A DNA stretch of 63,855 nucleotides, counting the filler, from Olpidium bornovanus S191 (Eukaryota; Fungi; Olpidiomycota), in assembly GCA_017911155.1 (NCBI GenBank). It is 33 parts of 33 records of this genome, joined end to end, with 100 filler letters (N's around TTAATTAATTAA, not from the genome) between each part and the next. Parts side by side here need not be neighbours in the genome. Positions count along the whole stretch, not along the records: positions 46,520 to 47,604 come from JAEFCI010000445.1; positions 47,705 to 50,730 come from JAEFCI010007260.1; positions 50,831 to 53,192 come from JAEFCI010007267.1; positions 53,293 to 54,874 come from JAEFCI010012749.1; positions 54,975 to 58,019 come from JAEFCI010006248.1; positions 58,120 to 59,164 come from JAEFCI010005389.1; positions 59,265 to 61,650 come from JAEFCI010007117.1; 26 more parts are not named here. One strand, written 5' to 3'. Both the position numbers and the translations under genes were made by a program. The notes beneath the pieces were generated by a model, which saw only the letters and a program-made list of their open reading frames with translations, made no database searches and was not told where the DNA came from. This document shows positions 46,642 to 60,363 of the stretch, piece by piece; the first letter of the stretch is position 1, and the number at the start of each line of letters is the position of its first letter.

Positions 46642-46928
46642 CTGAAACGGGCAAAGCGCGGAGGAACCGTCCACGTCAAACGACTCGGCTTTTCGCAGCG
46701 ACCGCCGGAAAAGGGGGGGGGGGCTCGGGGGGGGGGCAGGGGGGAACAAACAGCGCCTCCGCCCTACCGATGGACGACCGCGGCGATCGACATCGTGTCG
46801 TCCTTCGATCAGCCGGGAGGGTTGGGGGAGGGCGGTGATGAACGACGCCAATCCCCAAAGGGGACTTGTTTCGGCCTGTCGGGGCGTTATCAGCTAACCC
46901 TTGGTGCGACTTTTTTCGAGCGGGGACT

Positions 46929-46971
<43 letters not shown>

Positions 46972-48166
46972 CTTTTTTTTTTTTTTTTGGCTTTTCCCCC
47001 CTTGACATAAGGTTTCCGTCAACCGCCCCCCCCCTTTTCCCCACCCGCCCCCCCACCCACACACAACCAGCACACGCACTCGCACTCGCATTCGCACACC
47101 CGCTCCTCTCCCTTCTCCCGACTAATTGGCGATGCCGCCACCGAAAAAAAAAAGATGTCACATCAAAAATGGGCATCCAGTGAGTCCTTTTTCTGTCCGA
47201 TTATGACACCTTGAGGCTCCTCCGAAAGGCACGGGAATTCATCGAGCCGACGGAATTTCTGATAGAAAATCCAGCGAGCCAGAACGAGGGGAAACCGGGG
47301 GGAGAGGGGGGGAGACTTTGATTGGCCTTATATGCAGGAACGCGAGCTTTCGGTAGTCTCCCGTGGTTGACCTTCCGTTACCCGCCCACAATAAGCCACA
47401 AAGAGGTGATGCAAAAACAAACAGTCTTTATGAAATGCGAATTTGGCAATGCCGGAACTATGTGAGGTAACTAATCGGACGGCACCAGGCAGAGTTCTGC
47501 GTTCCCGACGTCAGGGAGTTATGTGTTGGAGGAAAAGGCGTGCCAACCTGAATGTGGAATGGAATGCTCTATGTGATAGTGGTCAAACCAGTCGACGTGC
47601 CATGNNNNNNNNNNNNNNNNNNNNNNNNNNNNNNNNNNNNNNNNNNNNTTAATTAATTAANNNNNNNNNNNNNNNNNNNNNNNNNNNNNNNNNNNNNNNN
47701 NNNNCATGGGTCAGTCGCGTTTAGCCTAGTAGTTTCAAACACCCGCAGGGCGGATGGAGTAGGGGGAGAACCGAAAAAAGCGACTCGAATCATTTTTATC
47801 AGGCGTAATCACTCCCGCCCCCCGGGGTGGGGTATAGAATTCCAGGTTGTGGGTGATTCAAGGGAACCCGGTTTCGTCAATGCCCAATAATCACCCCTCC
47901 GCAAAAGCCGTCGTAAGCGGGCGCCCGTCGAAATCTTTGCCTTGCTAGGCAAGGTGGGGGTTGACAGAGAGAGAAAGGGCAGGGTTTTCAGGCTGGAGAG
48001 GGTAACGGGAAGAAGCGCGTGTGGACATGACAGGCCCATGCCCACGTGCAAAGACATAGAAAGGCGGAAAAAAAACGTTCTGCGCACACACGTCGGAAAA
48101 ACGTTTTGACTTCTTTCTATGCTGGCAACGCAAACCGTTTTTTTTCCTGTAACTCGCGCCACCTCC

Positions 48167-49448
48167 CTAGGCGGCCGCGGGTGCGGCCGCAACGGGTTTC
48201 TTGGCGGCGACGGGCTTCCCGGGTTGTTCGGGCTTAACGGCGCCATGTGACTTCTTCTCGTCGGCTCGGCGCGGTGCCTCCGCGGCGGCGGGCTTTTCGG
48301 CCTTGCCCCCACCGGCCGGCGCGGCGGCGGACCCTTTCGCGGGGTCGGCGGACTTGGGGTGTAAGGCGGCTTTCGCGGCAGTGTGCTTCTCGTTCTTGGA
48401 GGAGTCGGATGCAGCGCGCGAGGTCCCGGTGACGTGGTCGGCAGCCTTCTGACCCTCGACGGGCGCCTTGTGGGCGGGCCTATTCGCCGCAACGGCAGGC
48501 TTCGCAGAACCCGTCTCGGGTGCAACAGGGGCTTTCGAGAACGCGGGCTTGGCGGCGCCGGCCGCCTTGGACGCGGCTTGTTCCGCCGCTTTGCTGACTT
48601 GGGAAGGCGCCGTCTTCCCGACTTCCGCGACCTTCACCTTGGCCGCTTTCCCGGCGACACCCGCCCTTTCGACCTCAATCCCGACCTTGCGCATAACGTC
48701 TGCGTAGAGGGGCCGGCCGTGACTTTCCCAGATCCTGATCGCAGCGGGGAGCACGTGGTTCGCCCAAACGTCCTGAACGGCGACGAACGTCTTCGCGGCC
48801 AGCGGGCCGAGGTACTGCTGGTAGGCCTCGCCGGCCATGAGCGAGACCTGGTACAGGATGACGACGCTGCGCTGGGCGGCGGGATACAAAAGCTGCTTGT
48901 AGACCGCATCTGCGGATTTCACCAGCGTGCCGACGTGGCTGTGCACTTTCTGCATGTAGTACACTCGGCCCTGCGCGTACGCCTTGTTGACATGCCTGCC
49001 GAGCCGGGCGTCGTACTCCTTCTTTGCCGCACCGTAAACGCCCTGCACGCGGGAATCCACATACTGCACGTAGAAAGCCTTGGCCTTCTGGAGCGCAGGC
49101 TCGCCGTACTGTTTGAGCACCGTCTGAGCCCTCGCCGCCGCGGGCCTAACGAAGTCCTTCTGGATCTTCTGGCCACGCGCGAGCAGCGGGTCGACGTGAG
49201 GACGAAGGTTTTCGTTGTAGTGGTTCAGTACGGCCTTCCCAGGAGCCGATGCCTTGAAGAACTGCACGGCACGGTCATAGCCCGGGCGAATGACGTTTTT
49301 CTCGACACTGTAGACTGTCCGGCACACCGCCGGGGCCGTCGCTTTCGGGGGATAGCCGTGGTTCGGGCAGGTGGCGAAGCGGTGAAACCCTGCGTAAAGC
49401 AGCACGACCATCAAGAGGTTTCGGAGGGAGAAGAAAGGCTGCTTGTGC
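48167..49448 (-). CDS. Membrane-anchored protein with apolipoprotein-like amphipathic helical repeats and an Ala/Lys/Pro-rich tail (She10-like architecture)
   Basis: The exon begins HKQPFFSLRNLLMVVLLYAGFHRF (TM helix), followed by recurrent Y/W-x-x-x-x-x-P-x-(V/A) helical units and a low-complexity tail. An upstream exon is likely near 49550-49683. Confidence 0.6.
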
Positions 49449-50196
49449 CTGCGCGGGAGGTATTGCGGCGTCCGTTTTTTCGGGGGACTCAGACCTGGCT
49501 GCTTAGAGTCTCCTGCCTGTTTCCGACAAGAACCAAAAAAACCCTTCCGGATGAGCAGCCCGGCCGGGCGGCACGAAACGCCAGGTATCGCATAAAGGAC
49601 GCCGTAACTCTTCCCATCCTTACTACAACCTTACCGACCGCGGGGGCCTTGGTTGGGCGTTTTTTCATGGTCGCAGTAGGCATACTCTGCAGCGCCGTGA
49701 CAAAGATACGGAACAGCTCGGATGAGAAATCGCGGGGAGATGATGTTCTCGGGCGGGAGCCGCCGCGGGGGGGCGTACCCTTCGCATCCAAAAAGACGTG
49801 TGCGTTCTCCGGTTGAGCGGGCACGGGCGGGCTTCGCAGGGGATGCGGACGGCCCGGGTCTTTTTTTCCACCGACCACTGAGCCGCCGTGGAGCCGCGCA
49901 TATGACGTCGGGAACAAGGGAGGCGGAGCGGGGAAAAGAAGAAAAAAACGAGACCGCGACGCACGCGAGGGCACCGGGTGAGCAATATTATTAGTATTTT
50001 CCTTTTTTTATTCCGTCCCGGCCGACGTCGTCGCCCGGGGCGGGGTTAGCACCGGCCGCTTTCCGGCGCTCGGAGCAGAGAAGCAGCCCAGGGCGCGGTG
50101 CGAGCGCGCGGAGGGACGCGCGCATACGGCGACCCCCTACCCTTCGCCCCCCCCACCCTCCCCGGCCCCCCGTTGCGGGTCGGCGTACCTCTTCTT

Positions 50197-50238
<42 letters not shown>

Positions 50239-50473
50239 GCTGCGGTGGCACACACGCAAGGGGCACACGCGGCAGCGAGAGTGAGTGAGTGAGTGAGTGA
50301 GCGAGGGAGCGAGGGAGCGAGCGAGCGAGAGTGAGAGTGAGAAAGAGAGATAGAGAGAGAGAGTGAGAATGGGCAGAGGGAGAGAGAAAGGGTTTCTCGG
50401 GCGAAGAGAGGGCGGGCGGGCGGGAGTGGGGGGGCGGGGGGGGGGGGGGGAGGCGGGGGGGGGGGGGGGGGGG

Positions 50474-50513
<40 letters not shown>

Positions 50514-52135
50514 CTCGCCCTTCCCTGTGGGCGCTCGGCGGTTGGTTCCCCTCTCCGTTTCCGCTCGTTCCTCCTCCTCCGCTTTCCCCCGCCCCCGCCC
50601 CCCTCCCGCCGTTCCCGCGTCACAAGCCTTGCGGGCGTGTTTGCGCAGACCGTAAAGACGCCGCCCTGGTGTTGAGCCGCGTCCCCTATGCCTTTCCTCC
50701 TCCCCCAGTGACAATCTGCTTGTGTCATGCNNNNNNNNNNNNNNNNNNNNNNNNNNNNNNNNNNNNNNNNNNNNTTAATTAATTAANNNNNNNNNNNNNN
50801 NNNNNNNNNNNNNNNNNNNNNNNNNNNNNNCATGGTGAAGGGCGGTTGCGACCAGCCGGGGGCGTCTGTAGTTGTCGGGAACAACGGCTCTTATAAAACG
50901 TAAAGTGTCGTCCGCAGGCCGCGAGTCGCCGTCCACAAAGTCGTTTGCCAGAATGGCGCCCGTCTGTGCCCCCGGCGGACGCCCAGCCAGGCAGCGGCGG
51001 GAGTTCGAGGTGGTCCGCGGAATTTGCTTGGGCGTGATTCCCGCGTCCTCTCCCGACGCGTCCCAGAATCGCAAACACGTAGCATCAAACGCTACGTCCT
51101 CGGACAAGGCCGCGCAGGATTGGGAAATTCCGCCGCCCCTCGTTCGGAACCTCACACCGAGGCAACGTCCCGACTTCCGCACACGCCGCCCGGCTTAAAA
51201 CATCACCCTCATAATTCAGGTTGCAGATTCACGCAATGGCGGGGGGCGCGCACCCTCCGAGACCTTCCGACCATACTGCCGAACGGCTGGCACAAGTGGT
51301 TTTTGCTGGTGGCGTCAGGTAGAAAGACACACCTTTCCTCAGCACGACACAGATGAGCGGTGATCTCCACCTCCAATTCCCTGAATCTCATATAAAAGAA
51401 CGGTGCGGCGGCAAAAACGAAGCACTCGCCAAGCAAGCACCCATTCATCGTATCCAGCCCTGTTGACGGTTAACCCGGCTACGTTTGGGGCCACTTCAAA
51501 GAGTGAATAAAATGAACCGATAAAGAGGCTGCCTTCATTGGTGTAGCCGCACGGCGCGATGGTTTTGACCAAAAACCTGCTTTGGCCGGGCTGGTAAGCG
51601 CCCTGTTCATAATATGAACCGGCCTGTTTGCGGTGCGAGGGCCATTGACTGGCCGACACGGCCACCCGCCCGCCGATCTCGTCTACTCTGCCGTCGGTTT
51701 GTCTGCTTGGCCGGGAGCAGAGAGTTAAATAACCGGAGCGGAGAAGCAACGTGCTGGAGACCGGGGAGGAGATCTGGCATTCCCCGCATCGAAGGGACTT
51801 CACGTCCTTTTACCCTATTACCGGATATCGGTCGCCGAGGAGGAACGACGACCTCGACGCTGAAAAGGCAGCGGCCCTGAAGAAGCAAGGTATACCCGCA
51901 AAACACCGCCAAAGATCGCGAGCATCCAATAACAGGGCGAGTTCCTCACGGGCCAGACTAGGAACGAAAAGGTGGATTTCTGGTTTGTTTTTTTCGCTTA
52001 CGGGGTCCTCCACGGCCCCTCTCCCCCACTTCGCGGGAGGGGCGGAACGCGGCGCCTGGTGGGGGGGGCAAAACGGTTAAAAAAAAAAAAAAAAAAAAAG
52101 TTGCGAAGAGGCACGAAAGGACGGACACCACCAGC

Positions 52136-53136
52136 ATGTTCGTCGGAATCCGGTTGCTCAGGTCGACCGCAGCCGCGGCGGCGGTAGCAGGTAGCAAAGG
52201 AGCCGCCGCGTGGACACAAGCCGTTGCAACGAGAATCGGAAGGCCAAAGGTGGTGGCTTCGGCGGCGGCGGCGGCGCCCCGCCGGGTCTACTCCTCGCGC
52301 CGATATCCCATCCCGGTCAACCCAAACCACGAGAAGGAGCTGAAGGCCCGCAGGGCGAAGCAGCGCGCTTCGCCCGAGCCCGTCGTCCATCTGACGGGAC
52401 TGGTTCTTCCCGCCAGGTTCCCCTACGAGGTCAGCCTGAATACCTTGCACGTCGCCCGAGGAAAGAAGGTGCGCGTTTACCGTCGTTGCGCGCCCGGCGA
52501 CTTTTTGCTGCGTGGGACGCGCCACACCGCCGTTTTTTCTCCAGCAGGGGCGGTAGCCGTTTGTGCATCTTGGGCGCCGGTTCGCTGACGATTTTCTGTT
52601 TTTTTTTCGGCTCCCCCGAAAACGGCGGATTCGCCCAGAGCAAATTACTCGGCCGCGGCAAGAACAGTACAAGGGGTGACAAGTGCGGGAGAGGAACGAA
52701 AGGACTAAAAGCGCGCAGGAAGACGCCCCTCTATTACGAAGGCGGCCAGACTACTTTTTTCCGAAGGTTGCCTGTGAGGCCGCATTTCAAAGAATTGTAA
52801 GCAGTCAAGGTGTTTGCCCGTCACCCCGGCCGAGAACGGGGTTTTGTGCTTTCTCGCGTTTGCTTTTTTTTGGCACCTTTTTCTCGAAAAAGAGGAGGGA
52901 TTGCTCTGGTGGCGCTTTTTTGGATACTTGCCGTCCGTCCTGACACCATCGCCGTTTCCCGCCTCTACGTTTTGAACAGGCCGCCAATTGTCGAAATCTG
53001 CTACCTTGACCGGATACAGCGCTGGATTGACACCGGCCGGCTCGACCCTTCAAAGCCAATCACAATGTATCATCTCCACAATTCGCTGTGTTGCAAGATC
53101 GACCCGGAAGGCATAGGCGCCCGACTACTGGACCGT
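52136..53136 (+). CDS. MRPL10: Mitochondrial ribosomal protein uL15m (partial)
   Basis: Ala/Arg-rich presequence, LLGRGKNSTRGDKCGRGTKGLKAR...YEGGQTTFFRRLP and LDRIQRWIDTGRLDPSKPIT. Multi-exon. Confidence 0.88.
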
Positions 53137-53292
53137 GTGCGTGCTAGTTTGGGTGGAGGTGTTCTCACTCCCCGTTTTGAAGGGGGGGGGGGNNNNNNNN
53201 NNNNNNNNNNNNNNNNNNNNNNNNNNNNNNNNNNNNTTAATTAATTAANNNNNNNNNNNNNNNNNNNNNNNNNNNNNNNNNNNNNNNNNNNN

Positions 53293-54268
53293 CATGGGCG
53301 TCTTCGCGCTGCGGATCCAGTACTGCCCGTCAACCGGCACGCCGAATACTGATCTATGGAGTATTCCCCCACGAACTCAGGCGCTCGTGGGCCTCGCCTT
53401 TGCGATTGCCTTTTCCACGGGACCGGCCCTTGGGGCATACTTAGCCTCGAAGGACTTTACCGTCTTTTTTCCCGAGTACGAGTCCTGGGGCCTCACCCCG
53501 TTTTCCTTTCCGGCCGCCGTGGCGCTGGCGCTCGTGGCCGCCGAAACCGTCTACCTTTATGTCTTCCTGGAGGAGACAGCCTGGGGTGCAGTGCGGGCCT
53601 CCGCGGCGGTAGAACCCGAACAGCACGAGGACGGCCCCGAAACCAGCGTCCCGTCCCGTCTGCGGAACCTGCAGTCGCTCAACTGGGCCCATTTCCTTTT
53701 CGTCTTCATTTTCTCGGGAATGGAGTTCACCTTTATCTTCCTCACCTACGACATCCTCGATTTCACCAACGCGCAGCAGGGGACCCTGCTGGCCTACATA
53801 GGCCTCCTGAACGCGGCGTTCCAGGGGGGGTACGTCCGCCGGCAGCGAGGGTCGGGAGAGAAGCGTCTCGTTATCGCCGGGGTGGCCTCCTGTGCGACGG
53901 GGCTCGGCCTGACCGCCGCCCTGGCTCTGCAGAGCCGGCCGCAGCTGGGCGTCCTGTACGCCGCGGCGTCGTTCTTGGCCTTCTCGTCTGCAACCGTGGT
54001 CACGGGACTCACCGCTCTCGCGTCTGTGCAGTGCGACGGCAGAAAATCCGAGAGACGCCTCGCCCGCGGCCGCGCGCTGGGGAAATTCAGGTCCGTGGGG
54101 CAGCTCGGCAGGGCGGCGGGACCCATCGCGGCCTGCGTGCTCTACTGGTGGGGGAACGCGGCACTGTGCTACTTGGCCGGCACCCTCGCCATGTGCGCCG
54201 TCCTCTTGGTATGCGAGAAGCACGTCGTCGGCCCGTCGCCGACGCCAAAGAAGGCGAAGGCCGGGTGA
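53293..54268 (+). CDS. MFS transporter, MFSD10/tetracycline-resistance-like, C-terminal part
   Basis: GLAFAIAFSTGPALGAYL, FLFVFIFSGMEFT, QGGYVRR and GRALGKFRSVGQLGRAAGP, with multiple TM helices and no introns. Confidence 0.88.
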
Positions 54269-54787
54269 AAAAACGTCGGTTCTGCTTCGCTTTCCCCCGC
54301 CCCCAACCCCCCGCCGCCGCCGCCGCAGGACACGTCCATTAGACAGAGCACACTCCTTGCGCAGCCCTTGTTTTATAATTATGGTCCATCATTGCACGCA
54401 CTTTTCATTTCCAAAAAAGTTATCTGCTAAATCTTGTCCATCTCGCCCCCCCCCCCCCCCACCCCCCCTACCCCCTTCCCCCCTTTCTCCCTTCCCGTCA
54501 GTCTGCCACTTCCTCGACCAAACGTTTCCAACCGGGGATCGCGAATAAACTGGCCTCGAAGCATTCGCTGTGCGGGTGTGTGTGTGTGTGTGTGTGCGTG
54601 TGCGCGCGCGTGTGTGTTTGTGCGTGCATGCGTGCGGGCGGTGGGGAGGAAAGGCGCGTGCGTGCGTAAAGAGGGGGAGGCGCGTTGCGTGTTTTGAAGA
54701 GGGGGTTGCCGAGGTGCGCGTAGGCCACGCGGACGGATTGCGCGCGCGGTTTCACCACGCGGGCTTCCGGATCGGGCCAGCGGCAGG

Positions 54788-54825
<38 letters not shown>

Positions 54826-56276
54826 GGGGGGGGGGCGGGGGGGGGGTTTTTTTTTTTTTTTTTTTTTTTTGGGGNNNNNNNNNNNNNNNNNNNNNNNNNN
54901 NNNNNNNNNNNNNNNNNNTTAATTAATTAANNNNNNNNNNNNNNNNNNNNNNNNNNNNNNNNNNNNNNNNNNNNCATGCAGGATCCAGGAGGCGCCCTGC
55001 GCTGTCCGTCAAAAACGAAATGGTCTATGAATTTCTCCAGAGCCAAACAAGGACAAATAATGCCGTAAATTCTACTGCAATGCGATTTGCAAAGAGCAAC
55101 CGCTGATCTGGAGGGTTTGACCACGTTTATTGGCGTCAGATACGGCTATATACCGCCTCGATGCATCGCTATTTTCCGACCGCACGGACAGAGGACGCTG
55201 TCAAAGCTGACGCAACGGCAGATGCATTTTTCTCGTTAGCAGGCTTGCTTCAACGTCTAGGAGTGGCGCTGGAATGCAGGGGAGCGGCTGACGTGGAACA
55301 GCTTTGTTCACGCGACGGCATTTCCCTCCGCCTCCCCATCTCCTTCCTCTCCGCCGGCTGGGCGGCTTCCCAGGGAGCCGACTCTTCGTCCGCGTCAGGC
55401 GAAACAAGCATCGGCACCGGTGAACCTAATTCTCGGCGGGCACCTCTGATTTGGCCATCCTGTGTATTACTGCCGTATTGTCACCATGTGATGCCGACAT
55501 TGTTCGCAGGCCGCAGATATGACGTGCGTGGCTTTGGGCGGCACCCCAGGCGTTGAGAAGAAACCCCTGTAGTCCTTTCGACACTGGATTTATTTGGAAA
55601 GATGTGGCTAGAATAGGCGTCACTGTCGTCATGTGGGTCACACAAAGTTAACGAAGCCCCGCGGACTGGCGCAGGCAAGTCTCTATTGACAAGAAAACCC
55701 CTTGGAGTCCCTTTGACACCGGAGATGTAATATGAAAAGCTATGGGGGGACACGGCTGGATGGGGAATAACCTGGGGAATACCCGATACCGCATCTATGG
55801 CTGTGTCTTTTTTGTTCTGCGACCCTAGGTCGCGTGCGCGTTTTTGTAATAGGGGCTTGACTGTTGGCGAGCCGAACAGGGCCTGTCTCGCAGACCAACG
55901 GCGACGCGTGCTAGTTCGGCAATATAAATTAAAAGGCAGTAAAATTCGAGCACGGAACGCAGACCGTGTTTGCCGGAGCGTATGGTCTGGGCGGGGCGCC
56001 GGGGTGAGAGTGGTTTGTAGGACGGAAGCGGCGGTCGGATTTCTAAAACGTCTGAGCCGGGCAAACGGCGTGCGTCTGGGCTCCGGCCGCGCGCAGGAGT
56101 CACACGCCTGATATGTCATCCCGCCAAGCGGCGCCTCGGGGAACGGGAATCTGCGGCGCGGGATTTGGGCCTTTTCAACCGCCCTTGCCGCGACACCCGG
56201 GGCAAAAAAGGAGGGAGGGATGTGCGGAGGCCCAGCCGGTCAATTGAATTTAAGCTTTTTTTTTTCCGGCGGTATA

Positions 56277-56315
<39 letters not shown>

Positions 56316-56709
56316 GCCGGACGCGCGCTCGGCATATAAAAAAATATTGCGGCAGCGATATAATTTTTCCCGGCGGCTCGCCGTTTTCCTCGTTTCTTGT
56401 TTCCTTGCGCAGCTGCGAGCGCGGCAGGTGACGTCACGCAGGGTATGTCCCGCGCCGCCGCCGCAGCCGCCTCTCGGCGGGGCCGCCGCGAAAGAAATTT
56501 GCGACGACTCCTTTTTTCCGCCTTCTTTTCTTGAGAAAGCGGCAAATATCCTTGCCGGACTCGCCCGTCTACGTTTTCGCCACGGCAAACTTTGTCCCGG
56601 CAAAAAAACGCCCGTCCCGCTTTTCCACTGCTGGCCTAATCTCCTCTCAAAACGCAAATACTCCGGACGGTTGAAGGCCAAATTCTCTTGAGGAGGCAGT
56701 GCTTTGCTT

Positions 56710-58019
56710 ATGGCCGACGACTCACTCCTGGCCGACGGCACCGCGCCGAGGCATCTTAAATTTCTCATCACAGGTAGCTTTCTTGGCGAACGCCATCTGG
56801 CCGAGCGGCCGCGCTTTTGACCACAGTCCCTTGCCTCCAGGCGCGAGCGGGGTAGTCGGTAGCGAGGTGGTCCGGCATCTGCGGCGTCGCGCCGAAGAAG
56901 GCGATTTGGAAATAACTGCGGGGGTGTACGTCCGATCTAGAAAGTAGGTCGAAGTTGCTTCGGTGTCTGACCAGATTGGTGGACCCAACGCGTTGCAGAC
57001 GGGGCCGCGCGAGAGGGGTAGCGCTTCTGCATTGGGCGCAGTCATAAGTTTTTGGCGCCCGCGTTTTCGCGCGCACACTCGATGAGAGTTGCAGGGCCTG
57101 TCGGTTGCTTTGATTTACAAATTTTTATTCGTTTCGTTAATCGGCAAATGCGAATGATTAAAACCTTAGAAAGGATCAAAGGCATATCTGGGAAAGCGCC
57201 CACCAAACGTTGTTCCTAGACTATGAGGACGTTTCGCCTAGGACTCTGGCACCATACGACGCAATTTTTCTGGCTCCAAGGTGGCTACCGGCTCCCGTGC
57301 AGAAACAGTTTAAATCTCCGGGCTAACATTCTTTATGTCGAAGTACTTCAAAGGAGCGCACTCAACATGTATACAAAATGTGCACGGCCTACAACGCGCG
57401 CGAAGCAGAAAAGTTCATTGTTCTATTATCGGCATCCCCGCTTATAGGGAACGATGCCGAATTTGCGAGAGGCTTTCGTGCAATGGAGGTTAGATAACGT
57501 TGCAAGGCTTGCGCTTCCAAATCTTCCAATGACGGCGGGACTTTTCAGAATTTGCGGCAGATTATTTTCCGGAAAGTGAAGTCGGCATACCAGAAGCCAT
57601 ATACTGACGAAACGGTGCCTAAACGTGTTTGACCCAGGAAATTGTGAAAGCATCCAAAATCCCATACGCTTTTCTTCAGTGTGGATTTCTTTTTCAAAAC
57701 TTATTCCACCATGCAGAGCAGATGCAAGAGGTGCGCGAGCTACGAATGCCGCTTGGTAAGGGAGAGTTCGCCCCGATCGACGCGTCAGATGTCGGCAGGG
57801 CCGCGGCGAAATTACTCGCCCAGCCAAGACATTACGCAGGTATGTGGCGGTTCCCGTTGCCCATGGTGAAACCTCTGCCCTAATATTCCACAAAAACCAG
57901 GGCATGAATTCAACCTGGTCGGGCAGCGGCTTATGACGGGAAGGGACATAGCGGACATTGCAACGCAGTCGTTTAATTATCCTGTTACGTACAAGGATGT
58001 CCCGGTGACATACTATCGG
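56710..58019 (+). CDS. NmrA-like / atypical SDR NAD(P)-binding protein, multi-exon, 3'-truncated
   Basis: Spliced Rossmann motif FLIT|GASGVVGSEVV, then IPYAFLQCGFLFQN, FAPIDASDVGRAAAKLL and EFNLVGQRLMTGRDIA. Confidence 0.85.
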
Positions 58020-59748
58020 NNNNNNNNNNNNNNNNNNNNNNNNNNNNNNNNNNNNNNNNNNNNTTAATTAATTAANNNNNNNNNNNNNNNNNNNNNNNNN
58101 NNNNNNNNNNNNNNNNNNNCACGGGCCGCCCCCCCCCCCCCCCCCCTTCCCCCCCCCCCCCTACCTCCCACAGACTCGCTCCGCCAGGACCCGGGCGCTC
58201 CGCTTTCGCGGCTCGCGTTTCGCCGCGCGCGCCCCCGCGACTGAGGGCCGCCGAAGGGGGTGGGTGGGCGGGTGGGGGAAGCCCGCGCCTTCAAGGGCTC
58301 GACGTTTCGCAAACCAAAAAAAAGGAGCAAAAAAAAAGAACTGAAAACTGCGGCCAACGCGGTGGTTTGTGGTTTGGTGGCCGGAGAGCGTGTGCCGGAT
58401 GGCCATCTTGTTCTTCGCGTCCGGCCGGGCCCTCCGCACACGTCCCCCCCCCTCCCCCCCCCACGCAAAAGCAGAGGAGGGAAAATTCCTACCTCACGAA
58501 CGGCACCAGAAAGCCTTTCCATATTTTTTTTTTCTCTTCCCCGTTTCCCTGGAGCGTGGGGGAAGAGGTGGTAAACCTATCTTAATCGGGGTCTTCGCGG
58601 CGCAACGTAATGGGAAAACACGACGCATCGACCGAAAAACGACGCCCGACCGCAACACCGGCATGAAGGCGCGCTTCCCCTCCCCCCCCCCCACCCCCCC
58701 ATCCCGGAAACGCGGGAACATTACACCAATGCAGGCCCTTCCTCGAACACGGACGGGCCGGGGACTTCGCCAAGATGGAAGCATGAAGACGTGAAAACGG
58801 AACCGCAGTGAAAGGCGTACGCCGTCGGAACGACTGGCGGGGGTGACGGTAGAACCTTTTGGCCGTTTGCAAACGTGAAGAGTTAAAAAAACTAATAATA
58901 ATAATAATAATAATAAAAAATAAAAGAAACCGTGGCGTACGAAGGTATGAGAGGGCGGAGCGTGTGAAAAGCAGGGGCGCGGGAGGGAGGGAACCCGGAT
59001 CTGGAGTGGGACGGCAAGGGCCGGGAGCCGGTCTGCAGGGACCGCGCGGGGAGAAAGGCGTCAGATGCTGACGTGCGGGGTAGTAAACCACCCCCCCCCC
59101 CCCCCCCCCCTGGGGGGAAGGGGGCGGAAAGACACCGGGCTCGAAGCGGACCAGCGGTGATAGGNNNNNNNNNNNNNNNNNNNNNNNNNNNNNNNNNNNN
59201 NNNNNNNNTTAATTAATTAANNNNNNNNNNNNNNNNNNNNNNNNNNNNNNNNNNNNNNNNNNNNCTCCTGGAGCTCCGCGCCGCGCCGTCGAGGATTCGC
59301 CCGGCGATCACATATTTTTTTTTTTTTTCGTCTTTTCTTGTTTTGGGGTTTTGCCCGTTCCGGGGTCCCGCTCGGTTCTCGCCGGCTCTCCCCCCCCCCC
59401 CCCCCCCCCGGGCTCCGTTCTTTATTATTTTTTTTTTTTCTTTTTCTTCTCCTTTCCGCCCTCTTCTTTCCCGGCGGCCAAAACACGGGGCGGAATAAAA
59501 ACTGCAGAAGCCGGGCCTTAGGTTTTTTCTCTCTTTTTTTTTTTTTTTTTTTTTGTTTTTTTTTGTGGTGCGTGCGTGCGTGCGTGTGCGTGGAGATCGG
59601 GGCGGCGGCCAATTCCGTTACGAGAGAGTCACGTGCGCGAGCGTGTGTGCGCGTGCGCGGAGCAAACGAGTGGTCGGTAAACGCCCGCCGGGTCGGAGAA
59701 ACGGCGGGCAAAAACGGCGCCAGGGTCGAGAGGACTTCGGGGGGAGGG

Positions 59749-59797
<49 letters not shown>

Positions 59798-60363
59798 AAA
59801 AGGGCCCGCTTTTCGGGAAAAAAACCGAGGAAAAAAAGTCGCGCTTCTTCGATCCCGCGGAAAAACGCGCGAATTCCACACCTCGTGGTACGCCCGGCCC
59901 TTCCCCCCGGGCGCGGCAGCCCGACGCACACCGCCGTCGACGAATCACTGAAAAAAAAAAAGGCCCTTGCCGGTCTGCTCGACGTCCAGGCCGAAATTTG
60001 GCGTTTCGGTTTGCATATCGGGACAGGTAAAATTGGCTGCCGTCGCGTAGCAACCCGGCGAATTCAAAAATTGGCGCGGCAATTTTGGCCGCCTCTTGAG
60101 CCCCTATGTAGTGGTGGGTTCCGCACGTACAGTTGGAAACGCTATGGTACAGTACAGTACAGTACGGGTGCAGTGTGAGCCGCCTGGTAGACTACGCTTG
60201 GAGCGAGATAGGCAAGGTGCACGAGAGAATCCCGTTCCTGGCGAAAAGAGAGGAAAAAAAAAAGGACAAAAAATACGAGAGGCACGGTCAAGTAAAGAAT
60301 GCCTTTTTCGGCGTGCGCGTCAGGAACAGCAGTTACTTCTCTTCCTGCCGAGCAAAACAGGCG

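Noticed and set aside
48383-49816. Long antisense or overlapping ORFs (also 41478-42410, 9046-9825, 3042-3617, 20270-21358, 34947-35768)
   Set aside because: Shadow ORFs expected opposite GC-rich coding sequence; no recognisable motifs.
51720-51889. Exon-like segment LETGEEIWHSPHRRDFTSFYPITGYRSPRRNDDLDAEKAAALKKQ upstream of MRPL10
   Set aside because: Plausible splice signals, but I could not assemble a consistent gene or decide the strand for 50831-51900.
54975-55124. FVFDG motif suggesting an XPG/FEN1-family nuclease
   Set aside because: A five-residue match at a contig edge with no other family motifs.
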